From positions 64,001 to 128,000 of the forward strand of contig CAWFGE010000020.1 of the NCBI GenBank assembly GCA_963815195.1: 64,000 bases of DNA. The letters are read 5' to 3'. Below the pieces are notes generated by a model that was not told the DNA's origin, did no database searches, and saw only the letters and a program-made list of their open reading frames with translations. This DNA is from an uncultured Planctomycetaceae bacterium. Its GTDB lineage: Bacteria > Planctomycetota > Planctomycetia > Planctomycetales > Planctomycetaceae. Shown piece after piece: positions 37,849 through 49,838 of the stretch. Within the stretch, counting starts at the first letter, position 1, and every line of letters begins with the position of its first letter. The position numbers were made by a program, and so were the translations under genes.

Positions 37849-39038
37849 TCAACTTTCCGGGTGAGAAGAATTCCGATTCGGCCGGGGTTCCAGGTCGTCC
37901 AAAATGGCCTCCAGGTGCCGGGAAATCTCGCCGCCGCAGTATTCGTACTCCCGCGGGCCGCCGCCGATGGGGTCGGGAATGTCCGAATCCTCGGCCGAGA
38001 GCAACAGCACGCGGTCCGCGGCATCGGGGCGGGCGAACAAAATCGAATCCCGATGGCTGTGCGTCATTGTGTAAACCCGATCCGCCTGGGCCAAAAGATC
38101 GTCGGTAAGCGGCTGGCTCGAGTGGGTGTCGAGCGTGGCCCCATATCGCCGGGCGACCTCGATGGATTCCGGAGCGGCCGGTGCTCCCGGAACCGCGGCC
38201 AATCCCGCGGACACCACCGTGTAGCCTCGCGCGGGGAGTTCGTCCGGGCGCAGCCCAAGCGGTCCGCGAGCAGCTTGCAAAAAATCGCCTCCGCGAGCGG
38301 GCTGCGGCAGGTGTTGCCCGTGCACACGAACAAAATGACCTTTCCCATCATGCGATTCAGTTGGGATTCCGTCACAACGCCGGGTTCCAATAAAGTCCAG
38401 GATTCATCCTCCACGCGCACCACTGTGGGCCGTTGTTGATTGTGTCTTGGTTGATCCTCGATAATCAAGGCCACTTCCGACGCCCAAGGGCTCTGAGACA
38501 TGTCCGCGGGCGGCGTTCGCCGGTCCTCCCAAAACAAGAGCGGGGCGGGGAGCAGGTACATCGCCGACAAGGCCACCCCGTGATTGGGCACGCGAAACCA
38601 AACTTCGCTCCGGTCGCCGCCGCCCGGACGGAGCACGGCGGTCTGCGAAGCCGGCGGCAAGGCCCAGAGCAAACCTTGCTGCGGCGACATGCCGCACGCG
38701 AGCACCAGAGGACCCGGCCAGCCGCGCTGCATCAGGCGCTGGCCGGTCGGCGGCAACGCCATCACATAATCGCGCGCTTCCTCGAGGCCTTTCATGCCCA
38801 GTAACAATTCACCGCCCGCCGCGTTTCCGTCCGATCCTTCCTCCCGGCGGGCCAAGGCTTGGAGCCGGCGGACCGCTTCGGGATTCAGGCTATTCACGGC
38901 CACGACTTCTGACGTTTCGGTGGGCAAAACCACCAGATCGCCTTCCACAAGCCGATGCACCGCGCGGTGAATCAAATCGCGCGGATCATCGGCTTCGCGG
39001 AGTTTCAGCAACTCGGCCATCAGGCTGCCCAAATTCAA
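37849..39038 (-). CDS. Sua5/TsaC-like domain fused to low-molecular-weight protein phosphatase; frameshift near 38255
   Basis: VVLPTET, WPGPL, RVP, TVV, then FVCTGNTCRSPLAE and DIPDPIGG. Confidence 0.85.
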
Positions 39039-39492
39039 AAACGTTTTTTACGGTATGACGAAACGACAGGCCGGCGACAGTCACCGGCTGCCCGTGATGG
39101 GATGTCTCAGTCCTATGGAGAAGCCGTCGTGCGGGCTGGAAGGAAAAAACCGAATCTCGATTTTCTATTATCCTAGTCACCGAAGATTCGCCAATCAAGC
39201 AGCACCCCCGCCAACATCCAGAAACCGCAACATCTCCCGCCTGGCATAAACCACCGCTCCCGCGTCCGGTTTTCGAGAATTGTTGAGAAAACAATGCCCT
39301 TTTGCTGAAATCGCAAAACAATTGAAAAATCATAACCTATTTTACTGCAATTGGTTACGTGGCTTGTTGGTTCTGCCTGCGCCCCGTGCCCGTCGCGGGG
39401 ACAAGATGCCGCCGCTACGTTGTGAATTTTCGAGAATATCGCTATGCTCCCCGCGTGTTGTCCCTGGAAATCCAAGAGCAGGAGGCTCGCCC

Positions 39493-40508
39493 ATGAACAA
39501 TTCACCCAGCCGCCTGGGATATTTCATATTGCTCCGCCTTAGGGTCCAGGGAAATCCGCCGAATCAAGCCGCACTCGATCGCGCGTTGAATCCCTATTTT
39601 TCGTGCCGGCTCGGGTTGTCGGACGGCCAATGGCGGATGCTGTTGGCGAACACCTTGAAGGAACTCGCCGCCCAAGGCTGGATGGAGCAGAACCCCTACC
39701 GCCTCACCGCGGCGGGGCGTGCGGAATGCTCTCGGTTTCTGGGCACCTCAGAACTCCCCGCGGCTGGCACCTGGACCAAACTGCGGAATCGGCAACTCAT
39801 GGCGCGGGCTCTGGGCATCACGCCGCAGACGGAGGCCAAGTGGGAGCGGCTGGCGTCCGCCGATGGGCTGCGGGCGGCGGTTCTGGTCAAGTTCTACCAA
39901 CTGCCGATCGATCCGCTCCCCACGCCGAGCCAGGCCCTCAAAGCCCTCGCCGAGCAACAACTCGATTCCTCGTCGCCGCAAGATGCCGCGAGGAATTGCT
40001 GCGGGCCGCGCTGCTTCCCGATCGGCCGGGCGAACTCAAAGTCTGCCTGCCCGCGGCCGTGACCAAAGCGGCGAACACGAGCATGGAATCCCTCCGGCGG
40101 GCGGTCATCAACCGCTGGCTCAACGGCTGCGACGCCCATGAATACAAAATCCTGCATTCCTCGGAAAACGATTCCGTCGGCGAATCCGCCTTCGACTTGG
40201 CCACATTCGCCCGCCGGGTCCGGGAATTGGCCCGAAATGCAACAACGGGGCAGTTTGGGGGCAACAAAGTCTTTCTCTCCCACATTTGGGAGGAATACGA
40301 TCGGCAGACTCCACCCGCCGCCATGACTCGCGAAACATTTAACGCCCACCTCCTCGAAGCCAACCGGCGGAATCTGATCACCTTGAGCCGGGCGGATTTG
40401 ATCTCCGAGATGGATCCCGAGGAGGTGGAGGCGTCCGAAATCGCCCTGCCGCACGCCACGTTCCATTTCCTCCGCACTGATGCCGCTCAAGATCACTTAC
40501 GGAAATGA
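39493..40508 (+). CDS. Hypothetical protein with winged-helix-like segments; frameshift near 39990
   Basis: GGAGG RBS; RLTAAGR; FGGNKVFLSHIW; LSRADL; ATFHFL. Confidence 0.7.
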
Positions 40509-40569
40509 GCGGCTGGGCGCGAGCCGCCGGTTTTGTGTGCAGGACCGGCGGCCCACGCCCGGCCGGTCA
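40506..40569. repeat. GCGCTAGC-family REP-like hairpin whose ends are the stop codons of both convergent genes
   Basis: tgagcggctgggcgcgagccgccgg..ccggcggcccacgcccggccggtca. Confidence 0.75.
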
Positions 40570-42003
40570 GGCGAGGATTTTCTCCACCACGTTCCCGGCC
40601 ACGTCGGTCAGCCGGAAATCCCGGCCCTGGAAGCGGAACGTCAGCCGCTTGTGATCGATGCCCAAAAGCCTCAGAATCGTGGCGTGGAAATCGTTGACGT
40701 GCACGACATCCTCCACGGCGCCGTAGCCGAGTTCGTCGGTCTTGCCGTGGGTGATTCCGCCTTTGATGCCGCCGCCGGCCATCCACAGCGAAAAGCCTTT
40801 GATGTGGTGGTCGCGTCCGTTGCCTTGGGCCATCGGGGTCCGCCCGAACTCGCCGCCCCATACGACCAGGGTGTCTTTGAGCATATCCCGCTGCTTCAAA
40901 TCTTTGATGAGCGCCGCACTCGCGCGGTCGACCTCGCCGGCCGTGCCTTCCGCGGCCCGCTTCACGCCGCCGTGGTGGTCCCAAGCCCGGTGATAAAGCT
41001 GGACGAACCGCACGCCCCGTTCCGCCAGCCGCCGGGCCAGCAAACAGTTCGCCGCGAACGAGCCGTCCCCGCCCTGGGTCCCGTAAAGATCGAAGACATG
41101 CTTGGGCTCTGCGGAAACGTCCATCAGCTCTGGCACGCTTTTTTGCATGCGAAACGCCGTCTCGTAGGCGTTGATCCGCGTGGCGATTTCGGGATCGCGA
41201 ACGACCTGGCTTTGGATTTTGTTGAGTTCTTGAACCGCTTCGACCACGTCCGCTTGGCGTTCGCGGGTCACGCCCGGGGGATTGGTGACATACAGCACCG
41301 GATCGCCGGTCGAGCGAAATTCCACGCCCTGGAACCGGCTCGGCAAAAACCCGCTGTGCCACTGCCGGGCCGCGATGGGTTGGGCCTGTCCAAATTTTCC
41401 CAACGACGTTAACACGACAAACCCCGGCAGGCTGTCGCTTTCGCTGCCCAGTCCGTAATTGATCCACGATCCCATCGAAGGCCGGCCGGAAATCAGCGAG
41501 CCGGTGTTCATGTACGTGTGGGCGGGATCGTGATTGATCGCCTCGGTCACCATCGAATTGATGATGCACAAATCATCCGCCACGCTGCCGAGTTGTGGAA
41601 AGATGCTCGCCAGCCGCTGGCCCGATTCGCCGAACGATTGGAACGGATGCTGCGGTGCGAGGCACGTCAACTTTCGGCCCTGGAGCTGCGCGATCGGCTT
41701 GCCCTTGGTGAAGGACTCGGGCATGGGCTTGCCGTCCATTTTGGCGAGTTCCGGCTTGTCGTCGAGCGTTTCCAGATGCGAAGGCCCGCCGGCCATGCAC
41801 AGATAAATAATCCGTTTCGCCTTGGCGGGAAAGTGCAGCGGATTGACGACGCCCGGCCACTGTTCCGTATTCACGGCCTCCCCAGCCGTCGCCGACCGCC
41901 CGAACAACGAGGCGAGCACGGCCGCCCCAATCCCCGCTGTCCCCGTGTTCAGAAAGGTTCGCCGGCGGATTGGAATTGGCAAAGACAACGCGTTTTGCCG
42001 CAT
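40567..42003 (-). CDS. DUF1501 domain protein with Tat signal
   Basis: RRTFL; AKRIIYLCMAGGPSHLETLD; WDHH; GEFGRTP; GRDFRLTDV. Confidence 0.92.
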   Translation of the reverse strand: MRQNALSLPIPIRRRTFLNTGTAGIGAAVLASLFGRSATAGEAVNTEQWPGVVNPLHFPAKAKRIIYLCMAGGPSHLETLDDKPELAKMDGKPMPESFTKGKPIAQLQGRKLTCLAPQHPFQSFGESGQRLASIFPQLGSVADDLCIINSMVTEAINHDPAHTYMNTGSLISGRPSMGSWINYGLGSESDSLPGFVVLTSLGKFGQAQPIAARQWHSGFLPSRFQGVEFRSTGDPVLYVTNPPGVTRERQADVVEAVQELNKIQSQVVRDPEIATRINAYETAFRMQKSVPELMDVSAEPKHVFDLYGTQGGDGSFAANCLLARRLAERGVRFVQLYHRAWDHHGGVKRAAEGTAGEVDRASAALIKDLKQRDMLKDTLVVWGGEFGRTPMAQGNGRDHHIKGFSLWMAGGGIKGGITHGKTDELGYGAVEDVVHVNDFHATILRLLGIDHKRLTFRFQGRDFRLTDVAGNVVEKILA

Positions 42004-42352
42004 GGCAGACTCCCAGTCAATAGTTCCGCTCGAAATGCCGATTTGAAAATATCAACCTCATTTTGGCCGGAAACACTGCCTCCGTCAAACGTCGCTCTAC
42101 AAACCTCTTCTGAACCTCCATTTTCGGCAAACCTGGTGCGACAGGGGCATCAAACGAATTTGGATAACCTGACGGTTTTAATGCGTTTGCAAAAGAAGCG
42201 CAAGACGGGGAAGCCGAGTCCCGCGACTCGTGTTGACCCTGGAAAACACGAAGAGTATAGTCCGCCGCATTTTGAGCCAACCGTGCCCGGCCCCGCGACC
42301 TTGCGAGGACAGTTTTCGCCGGTTTTGATTTTTTGAAGAGAAATCCCACGTC

Positions 42353-43135
42353 ATGACCGCCTATCTGCAATCAATTTGGAGCACGCGGTTTTTTCTGTTG
42401 TCGCTCGTCAAATACGATCTGAATACCCGCTACCGGCGATCCGTTTTGGGGATCGGCTGGTCGCTGCTTCAGCCGATTGGGATGACGATCGTGCTGTGCA
42501 CCGTGTTTCACCGGCTGTTCGGGTTGGACATTCGCGAGTTCGGGCCGTTTCTCCTCGCGGGGCTTTCCTTCTGGAGCTATTTCACCAACGCGGTGATCAC
42601 CGGCTGCCAGTCGTTCTTCCAGGCGGAAGCCTACATGAGGCAATATCCCGCGCCGCCCGCCATTTATCCCTTGCGAGTTGCGCTCGGGTCCATGTTTCAC
42701 CTGATGATGGCCTTGGGAATCGTGCTCATCCTCAGCTGGATCTTAAAAGGTTTCGGAAATCTGCCCGCGCTCGTTTCGCTCGTCCCCACGCTGTTTTTGC
42801 TGTTGATCTTTGGCTGGTCGGTGGCAACGTTGGCCGCTTTGGCCAATACCTATTTTCCGGACGCCCAGCATCTGACGGACCTGGCCCTGCAAGTCATGTT
42901 CTACATGACGCCCATTTTGTATCCGCCCGAGATTCTGGAAGCCAAAGGGCTGGGCTGGGTCGTGCAATATAACCCCATTGCCTCGCTGCTCGATCTAATC
43001 CGGGAGCCGGTGCTCCACGGCGAGTTTCCCAGCATGGCCGCCGTCGCGACGGCCGTCGTGCTCGTCAGCATCACCGCGGGCATCGCTTGCACGGCCCTCG
43101 TCAAACTTCAACGCCAACTCGTGTTTCACATCTAA
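42353..43135 (+). CDS. wzm: ABC-2 polysaccharide export permease
   Basis: RYRRSVLGIGWSLLQP, FYMTPILYP, YNP. Confidence 0.9.
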   Translation: MTAYLQSIWSTRFFLLSLVKYDLNTRYRRSVLGIGWSLLQPIGMTIVLCTVFHRLFGLDIREFGPFLLAGLSFWSYFTNAVITGCQSFFQAEAYMRQYPAPPAIYPLRVALGSMFHLMMALGIVLILSWILKGFGNLPALVSLVPTLFLLLIFGWSVATLAALANTYFPDAQHLTDLALQVMFYMTPILYPPEILEAKGLGWVVQYNPIASLLDLIREPVLHGEFPSMAAVATAVVLVSITAGIACTALVKLQRQLVFHI

Positions 43136-43204
43136 CCTCTCCCCCTCCAAACCCGTTTTGAAAAACCGTTGCGGTCGTTGATCCTAGAGGAGTCGTTGTC
43201 AACG

Positions 43205-43985
43205 ATGACTTATATGGAACTGGATAATGTCTCTCTGCGGTTTCGCGTGCGGAGGCGAGGAAAAGTCAGCCTGAAGGAATACTTGCTCAAACGCATGTTC
43301 CGAAAATCGGTCAATCCCGTGATGGAAGTCCGCGCGCTGAACCAAATCTCCTTGAATCTTCAACCCGACGAACGCTACGGCATCATCGGGCACAACGGGG
43401 CGGGGAAAAGCACGCTGCTCAGGCTCTTGGGAGGCATCTATCCTCCCACCAGCGGGCGGAGAATCGTGGAAGGACGCATCAGACTCCTTGTTCGACCTCA
43501 CCCTTGGATTCCAGATGGAAGCCACCGGTTGGGAGAACATCGCCCTCCGCGGTTATCTGCAAGGCGAATCGCCCAAGTCGATCCAATCCAAGATTCAGGA
43601 AATCGCCGAGTTCACCGAGTTGGGCGACTTTCTGGAGATGCCCATCCGCCACTATTCCCCGGGCATGTTGGTTCGGCTGGCGTTTTCCGTCGCCACGGCC
43701 ATCGAACCGGAAATCCTGCTTATCGATGAAATCCTAAGCGCCGGCGACATGGCGTTTCAATCCAAAGCCTTGAACCGCATGAACCAGCTCTTGGACCAGG
43801 CGCATCTGATCGTGATCGTCAGCCATGACATGGATACGCTGGCAAGGTTGTGCACGCAGTTGATTTGGATGGACCACGGGCGCGTCCACCGCATCGGCGG
43901 CGTGGAGGACGTGCTCCAAGCCTACAACAATCACATGCAATCCCAGCCCAGCCTCGCCAGCGAAGCCCCCGCCGCCGCTGCTTAG
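43205..43985 (+). CDS. wzt: ABC polysaccharide export ATPase; frameshift near 43485
   Basis: GHNGAGKSTLL; YSPGMLVRLAF; LLIDE; VSH. Confidence 0.9.
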
Positions 43986-44000
43986 AAGTCCATCTCATCC

Positions 44001-45902
44001 ATGTTTTTCAGGTTCCCGCATCTTCTCCGTCGAGCACGCGCCGCCTACGGCGAAGGCGGACTGGGCGTCGTTCGGCGGCGGTTTCGGCGCTGGCTGGAAC
44101 ACCGCCTGGCTCAGCGGTTTCCCTCAAGGTCTTACAAGCGCTGGATCGCCGGCCATTCCCCCTCGCCCGCCGAACTCCGCCGACAGCGGGATTGGTCGGA
44201 AAGCCTTCCCGATCCGATCCGGATCAGCCTCGTCTGCCCGCTCCATCGAACGCCCGCCGCCATCTTCCAGCAAACGCTCGCAAGCGTACAAAACCAATCC
44301 TATCCGTTTTGGGAGTTGTGTCTGACCCTCGCCGAAGAGGACACGCCCGAACTCAGGGCGGCCGTCCGCGAGGCGGCGGAACGCGATTCGCGAATCCGCG
44401 TGATCGCGCTCGTGGAAAACCGCGGCATCTCGGGAAACACAAACGCCGCCCTCGCCGCCGCCACCGGATCGTGGATTGGATTCCTCGATCACGACGATTT
44501 GCTCGCTCCCCAAGCTCTCTATGCTGTCGCTTACCACCTTACAGAAAATCCGAATTGCGACTTGGTCTATAGTGATGAGGATCTCCTCTCGGCCGGCGGC
44601 AAATTCCGCAAGACGCCGGTGTTGAAGCCGGACTGGTCTCCGGAAATGCTTTTGCACTTCAACTACATCTGCCATTTTGTCGTCGTTCGCAAAACGCTGG
44701 TCGAACAGGCGGGCGGGCTGCGGGCGGAATACGATGGAGCCCAGGATTGGGACTTCTTGTTGCGCGTGACCGAACTCACAGACCGCATCGCCCATCTCCC
44801 GGAAATCCTCTATCACTGGAGAGAGCTCCCCACATCCACCGCGGCCCATGTCGATGCGAAACCCTATGTGATCGAGGCCCAACAGGCGGCACTCAAGGAT
44901 TGCTTCCAGCGGCGGGGAATCGAAGCCGACGTCCAAGCCGCCCGCTATGGGCATTACCGGCCGGAGTGGAGAATCGACGCGGCCCCGCTCGTGTCCATCA
45001 TCATTCCCAGCCGGGACCAGCCTCGGCTCATTCGCCGGGCGGTCGCGGGAATCCTCGACAACACGCGCTATCTCAATACGGAAATCGTGATCGTGGACAA
45101 CGGCAGCACCGACCCCGACGTACTCGGCTATTACCGCGAATGGCAATCCCGCGGGCAGATTCGCGTGGTCGACTTTCCCGTCGCCTTCAATTACTCCGCC
45201 GCGTGCAACCGCGGGGCCGCCGCCGCCCGCGGAGAGTATTTGCTCTTTCTGAATAACGATGTGGAAATCCTCCGCGACGATTGGCTCGACGAACTCGTCG
45301 GCTGGGGCCAACAACCCGGCGTCGGCATGGTCGGCGGACATCTCATCTATCCGGACGGCCGCACGCAACACGCGGGGATCGTGCTGGGATTGTTCGGCCT
45401 CGCGGGGCATGCGTTTTATCAGTCGGAACCGGAAACCTTCAGCCCGTTCGGATTAGCGGAATGGACGCGAAACGTGTCCGCCGTCACCGGGGCCTGCCAA
45501 TTGATCTCCCGCGACCTTTTCGAATCGCTCGGCGGCTTCGACGAGAACTACAAGCTTTTATATAGCGACATCGATCTCTGCCTTAAGGTCAGAAACCGCG
45601 GACGGCGGATCGTCTATACCCCGTATTGCCGATTGGTGCATCACGAATGCTCCACGCGCCCGCCCCGCGAAAACGCCGAGGACGCCCAATACTTTGCCCG
45701 GCAACTGGAAAAGTGGAACGCGGCGGGCGATCCTTATTATCATCCCGCCCTGAGTGCCCATTCGGTCGTGCCCCAACTCGTGACAACCACGGGCTCGAAC
45801 GTGGCGGCCAATCTTGCGGTGCAGATTTCGCGGCATGTGCCCAATATGATTCCCGAAAATGCACAGGCTGACACGTCTTCCCTGCTTCGCCGAGCCGCCT
45901 GA
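44001..45902 (+). CDS. Double-domain GT2 glycosyltransferase
   Basis: GISGNTN, LDHDD, YSDED, GAQDWD; second domain FLNND, AVTGAC, DIDLCL. Confidence 0.92.
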   Translation: MFFRFPHLLRRARAAYGEGGLGVVRRRFRRWLEHRLAQRFPSRSYKRWIAGHSPSPAELRRQRDWSESLPDPIRISLVCPLHRTPAAIFQQTLASVQNQSYPFWELCLTLAEEDTPELRAAVREAAERDSRIRVIALVENRGISGNTNAALAAATGSWIGFLDHDDLLAPQALYAVAYHLTENPNCDLVYSDEDLLSAGGKFRKTPVLKPDWSPEMLLHFNYICHFVVVRKTLVEQAGGLRAEYDGAQDWDFLLRVTELTDRIAHLPEILYHWRELPTSTAAHVDAKPYVIEAQQAALKDCFQRRGIEADVQAARYGHYRPEWRIDAAPLVSIIIPSRDQPRLIRRAVAGILDNTRYLNTEIVIVDNGSTDPDVLGYYREWQSRGQIRVVDFPVAFNYSAACNRGAAAARGEYLLFLNNDVEILRDDWLDELVGWGQQPGVGMVGGHLIYPDGRTQHAGIVLGLFGLAGHAFYQSEPETFSPFGLAEWTRNVSAVTGACQLISRDLFESLGGFDENYKLLYSDIDLCLKVRNRGRRIVYTPYCRLVHHECSTRPPRENAEDAQYFARQLEKWNAAGDPYYHPALSAHSVVPQLVTTTGSNVAANLAVQISRHVPNMIPENAQADTSSLLRRAA

Positions 45903-46028
45903 ACACAAAAGGGGACTTGACCAATCTCCGGGGAATCACTACAAGCCAATCGACTCAAATCGTCTGATTTGACTATTCGATAATTTCAGTACCTCCAAAA
46001 AAGCTCAAGAAATTGGTTTGGCTTTCGA

Positions 46029-47219
<1,191 letters not shown>

Positions 47220-47272
47220 GACTCGATGACTTCGCGACTGGCCCATAAGCCCAATTGTTCGTCTTTCTGAAA

Positions 47273-47335
47273 TGAGCGGCTGGGCGCTAGCCGCCGGCGC
47301 CGCAGCTAAAACCGGCGGCTAGCGCCGGGCGCTCA
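47273..47335. repeat. GCGCTAGC-family REP-like hairpin
   Basis: tgagcggctgggcgctagccgccgg..ccggcggctagcgccgggcgctca. Confidence 0.8.
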
Positions 47336-47352
47336 ACCAAGGCCCGTTCGGC

Positions 47353-48450
47353 ATGCGGATTCTCTATACGCACGACATATTCGCCCGGCAGTCGATTGGG
47401 GGAATCTCCAGATACTATGTGGAGCTGATCCGCCATCTTTCCGGGCATTCCGTCGAGGTCAACGTGTTCGCGGGATCGCATGCCAACCGCCATCTCCAGG
47501 AATTGGAAGGCCACCGGAATCTCGCCGGGCGATACCAGCCGACACTGAAAAAAGTCAGCCCGTACGCGAGATGGGTCAATCGCTGCCGGGAAAAAAAACA
47601 TGCCGGGACCGCGGCGGGGACCCTGGTGCATCACACCTATTATTCGTTTACGCGCCCGCTATCCGCCGCCCGATATGTGGCGACGGTTCATGATTTAATT
47701 CCAGAGCGGTTTCCCAAGCAGTTCGGCTGGAAGGCTCCCTTGCTTGCCGAAGCCAAACGCCGCACCTGCGCTCAGGCGGAACGCGTGTTGACAATCTCTG
47801 AAACGACGAAGCAAGACCTCGTGGAGATCTATAAGATCCCGCCCGAGCGGATTGATGTAACCTATCTTGGAAACTCTCTGCTTCCATTCGTCGCGGTCTT
47901 CGAATCCCCGCCGCAGGCGGCACCCTATATTTTGTATGTGGGCGCTCGATCGGGCTACAAGAACTGCCGGCTATTGTGGGAAGCCTATGCGCGGTCCGAA
48001 CGGCTAAAACGAGATTTCGAGATCATCTGCTTCGGCGGAGGCGCTTTTTCTCAAGATGAATGCAAATTACTAGAGCAACTAAAAATCGCCGGCCGCGTGA
48101 TTCAAACAGGCGGAAGCGACCGCGAGATTGCCAATCATTACCGCCATGCGCGCGCCTTTGTGTACCCGTCCTTATATGAAGGGTTCGGCATCCCGCCCGT
48201 GGAAGCGATGAGTTTTGGCTGTCCGATTATCGCGTCCTGGGGCGGCTCCATTCCCGAAATCGCAGGGCCGGCGGCGGCTTATATCGATCCCTATGATGCG
48301 GACATGCTCTTGGCGACTTTGGAAAACGCCCTCTATGAGGAATCGCTCCGCAACCGACTTCAAATGGAAATGAAACGCCGGGAGCCTCGATTCCGCTGGG
48401 AAGAGACGGCCCGGCAAACCTTGGCCTCCTACGAAAAAGCCGCCGCCTGA
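47353..48450 (+). CDS. GT4 glycosyltransferase
   Basis: GGISRY, TVHD, YPSLYEGFGIPPVEAM. Confidence 0.92.
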   Translation: MRILYTHDIFARQSIGGISRYYVELIRHLSGHSVEVNVFAGSHANRHLQELEGHRNLAGRYQPTLKKVSPYARWVNRCREKKHAGTAAGTLVHHTYYSFTRPLSAARYVATVHDLIPERFPKQFGWKAPLLAEAKRRTCAQAERVLTISETTKQDLVEIYKIPPERIDVTYLGNSLLPFVAVFESPPQAAPYILYVGARSGYKNCRLLWEAYARSERLKRDFEIICFGGGAFSQDECKLLEQLKIAGRVIQTGGSDREIANHYRHARAFVYPSLYEGFGIPPVEAMSFGCPIIASWGGSIPEIAGPAAAYIDPYDADMLLATLENALYEESLRNRLQMEMKRREPRFRWEETARQTLASYEKAAA

Positions 48451-48496
48451 GCGACACACAACAACAGAGATTTGCAAGACCGGCATTGATCTATCT

Positions 48497-49830
48497 ATGG
48501 CTAGCTCCGATCAACACGCGACGCGGATCTATTTGGAATGCACGCGAACCTGGAACAGTTCCCTGCATACGGGAATCGAACGCGTCGTGCGAAAAATTGT
48601 CGAGGCGTCGCATGACGCCGGGCGTCAAGTCGGCGTCCAATGCCAGCCGGTGGTCTATCATCCCTTCCGCGGATTCGTGCCGGTTCCATCGTTTTCCGAG
48701 CACGGCCCTATTTCAAAACCGGCTTGGTCCTATCAGTCCCAGATTAGAAAACTCTTAAACGATTGGGGCCTGATGGAGGGCGTGCGAAGATGGCGGCATC
48801 GCCTGCGGCTGAGTGTGTCCGCGATGCAACGGTCCGCGCGCGGGTTGTCGCGAAATCGCCTGCAACTCGGTCCGAACGATGTGCTGCTGTTGTTGGATTC
48901 TTCGTGGCAGATTCCCTATTGGGACGAAGTCGAATCCGCCAAAAAAAACGGCGCTGCCATCGGGGCCGTGGTGTATGATCTGCTGCCGCTCTCTTGCCCG
49001 GGCAGTTTTACGCCGCCACAGATCGACCTGCTTCAAAAGTGGTGGGAAAAGACGACTCTTCATGCGGACTTTATGGCTGCGATTTCCAACAGCGTCTTTG
49101 AAGAGATTAATTCATACCGGGCCCATGCCGACTCCCGGTTAAAGCCCCTATTAGGAGGGGCGTTCCGCTTGGGGGCCGATTTAATGCGTCCTTCGCCCGT
49201 TGATAGAGGCCGGCCGGAGTTGCCCGCCCTTTTTGAAAGTCGTGCTAATCAAAAATCGCTACCGATTTATCTTAGCGTGGGAACGTTTTCGCCGCGGAAG
49301 AATCAAACGCTCATCCTCGATGCCTTTGAAAGTTTGTGGGCCGGGGCGCGAAGGTCGGGCTGGTGTTTGCCGGCGGGAGCGGCTGGCATTCGGAGGCCTT
49401 GATTCGCCGCATCGAAGCCCATGCCGAACTAGAAAAAAGGCTCTTCTGGTTCAGGGACTTGACGGATGTGGAACTCAACGATTGTTATCGCCGGGCGCGT
49501 GGTTTGATCGCCGCATCGCTGGGCGAGGGATTTAACTTGCCGATTGTGGAGGCGCTCAATCAAGGCTGCCCCGTGATCGCCAGCGACCTGCCGGTGCATC
49601 AAGAAGTCGGCGGCGAATTCGCCTGCTACTTCCCTCGAAATGATGCGCAGGCCCTAGCACAGATTGTTCAGAAGCATCTAGAGACCAGCATGCTTCCGGG
49701 AACGCGGCCGATCGATGAGTTCCGCTGGCCGAACTGGAGCGAAAGCTGCGTGGAACTTCTGCAGCTCATCCAATCTGTTACCCGTGTAGGGAATCGTTCC
49801 AAAACTCTGGGGCGTTTATCCGCGGCGTGA
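48497..49830 (+). CDS. GT4 glycosyltransferase; frameshift near 49345
   Basis: TGIERVV, YDLLP, VGTFSPRKNQ, SLGEGFNLPIVEAL. Confidence 0.88.
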
Positions 49831-49838
49831 ATTAGACC

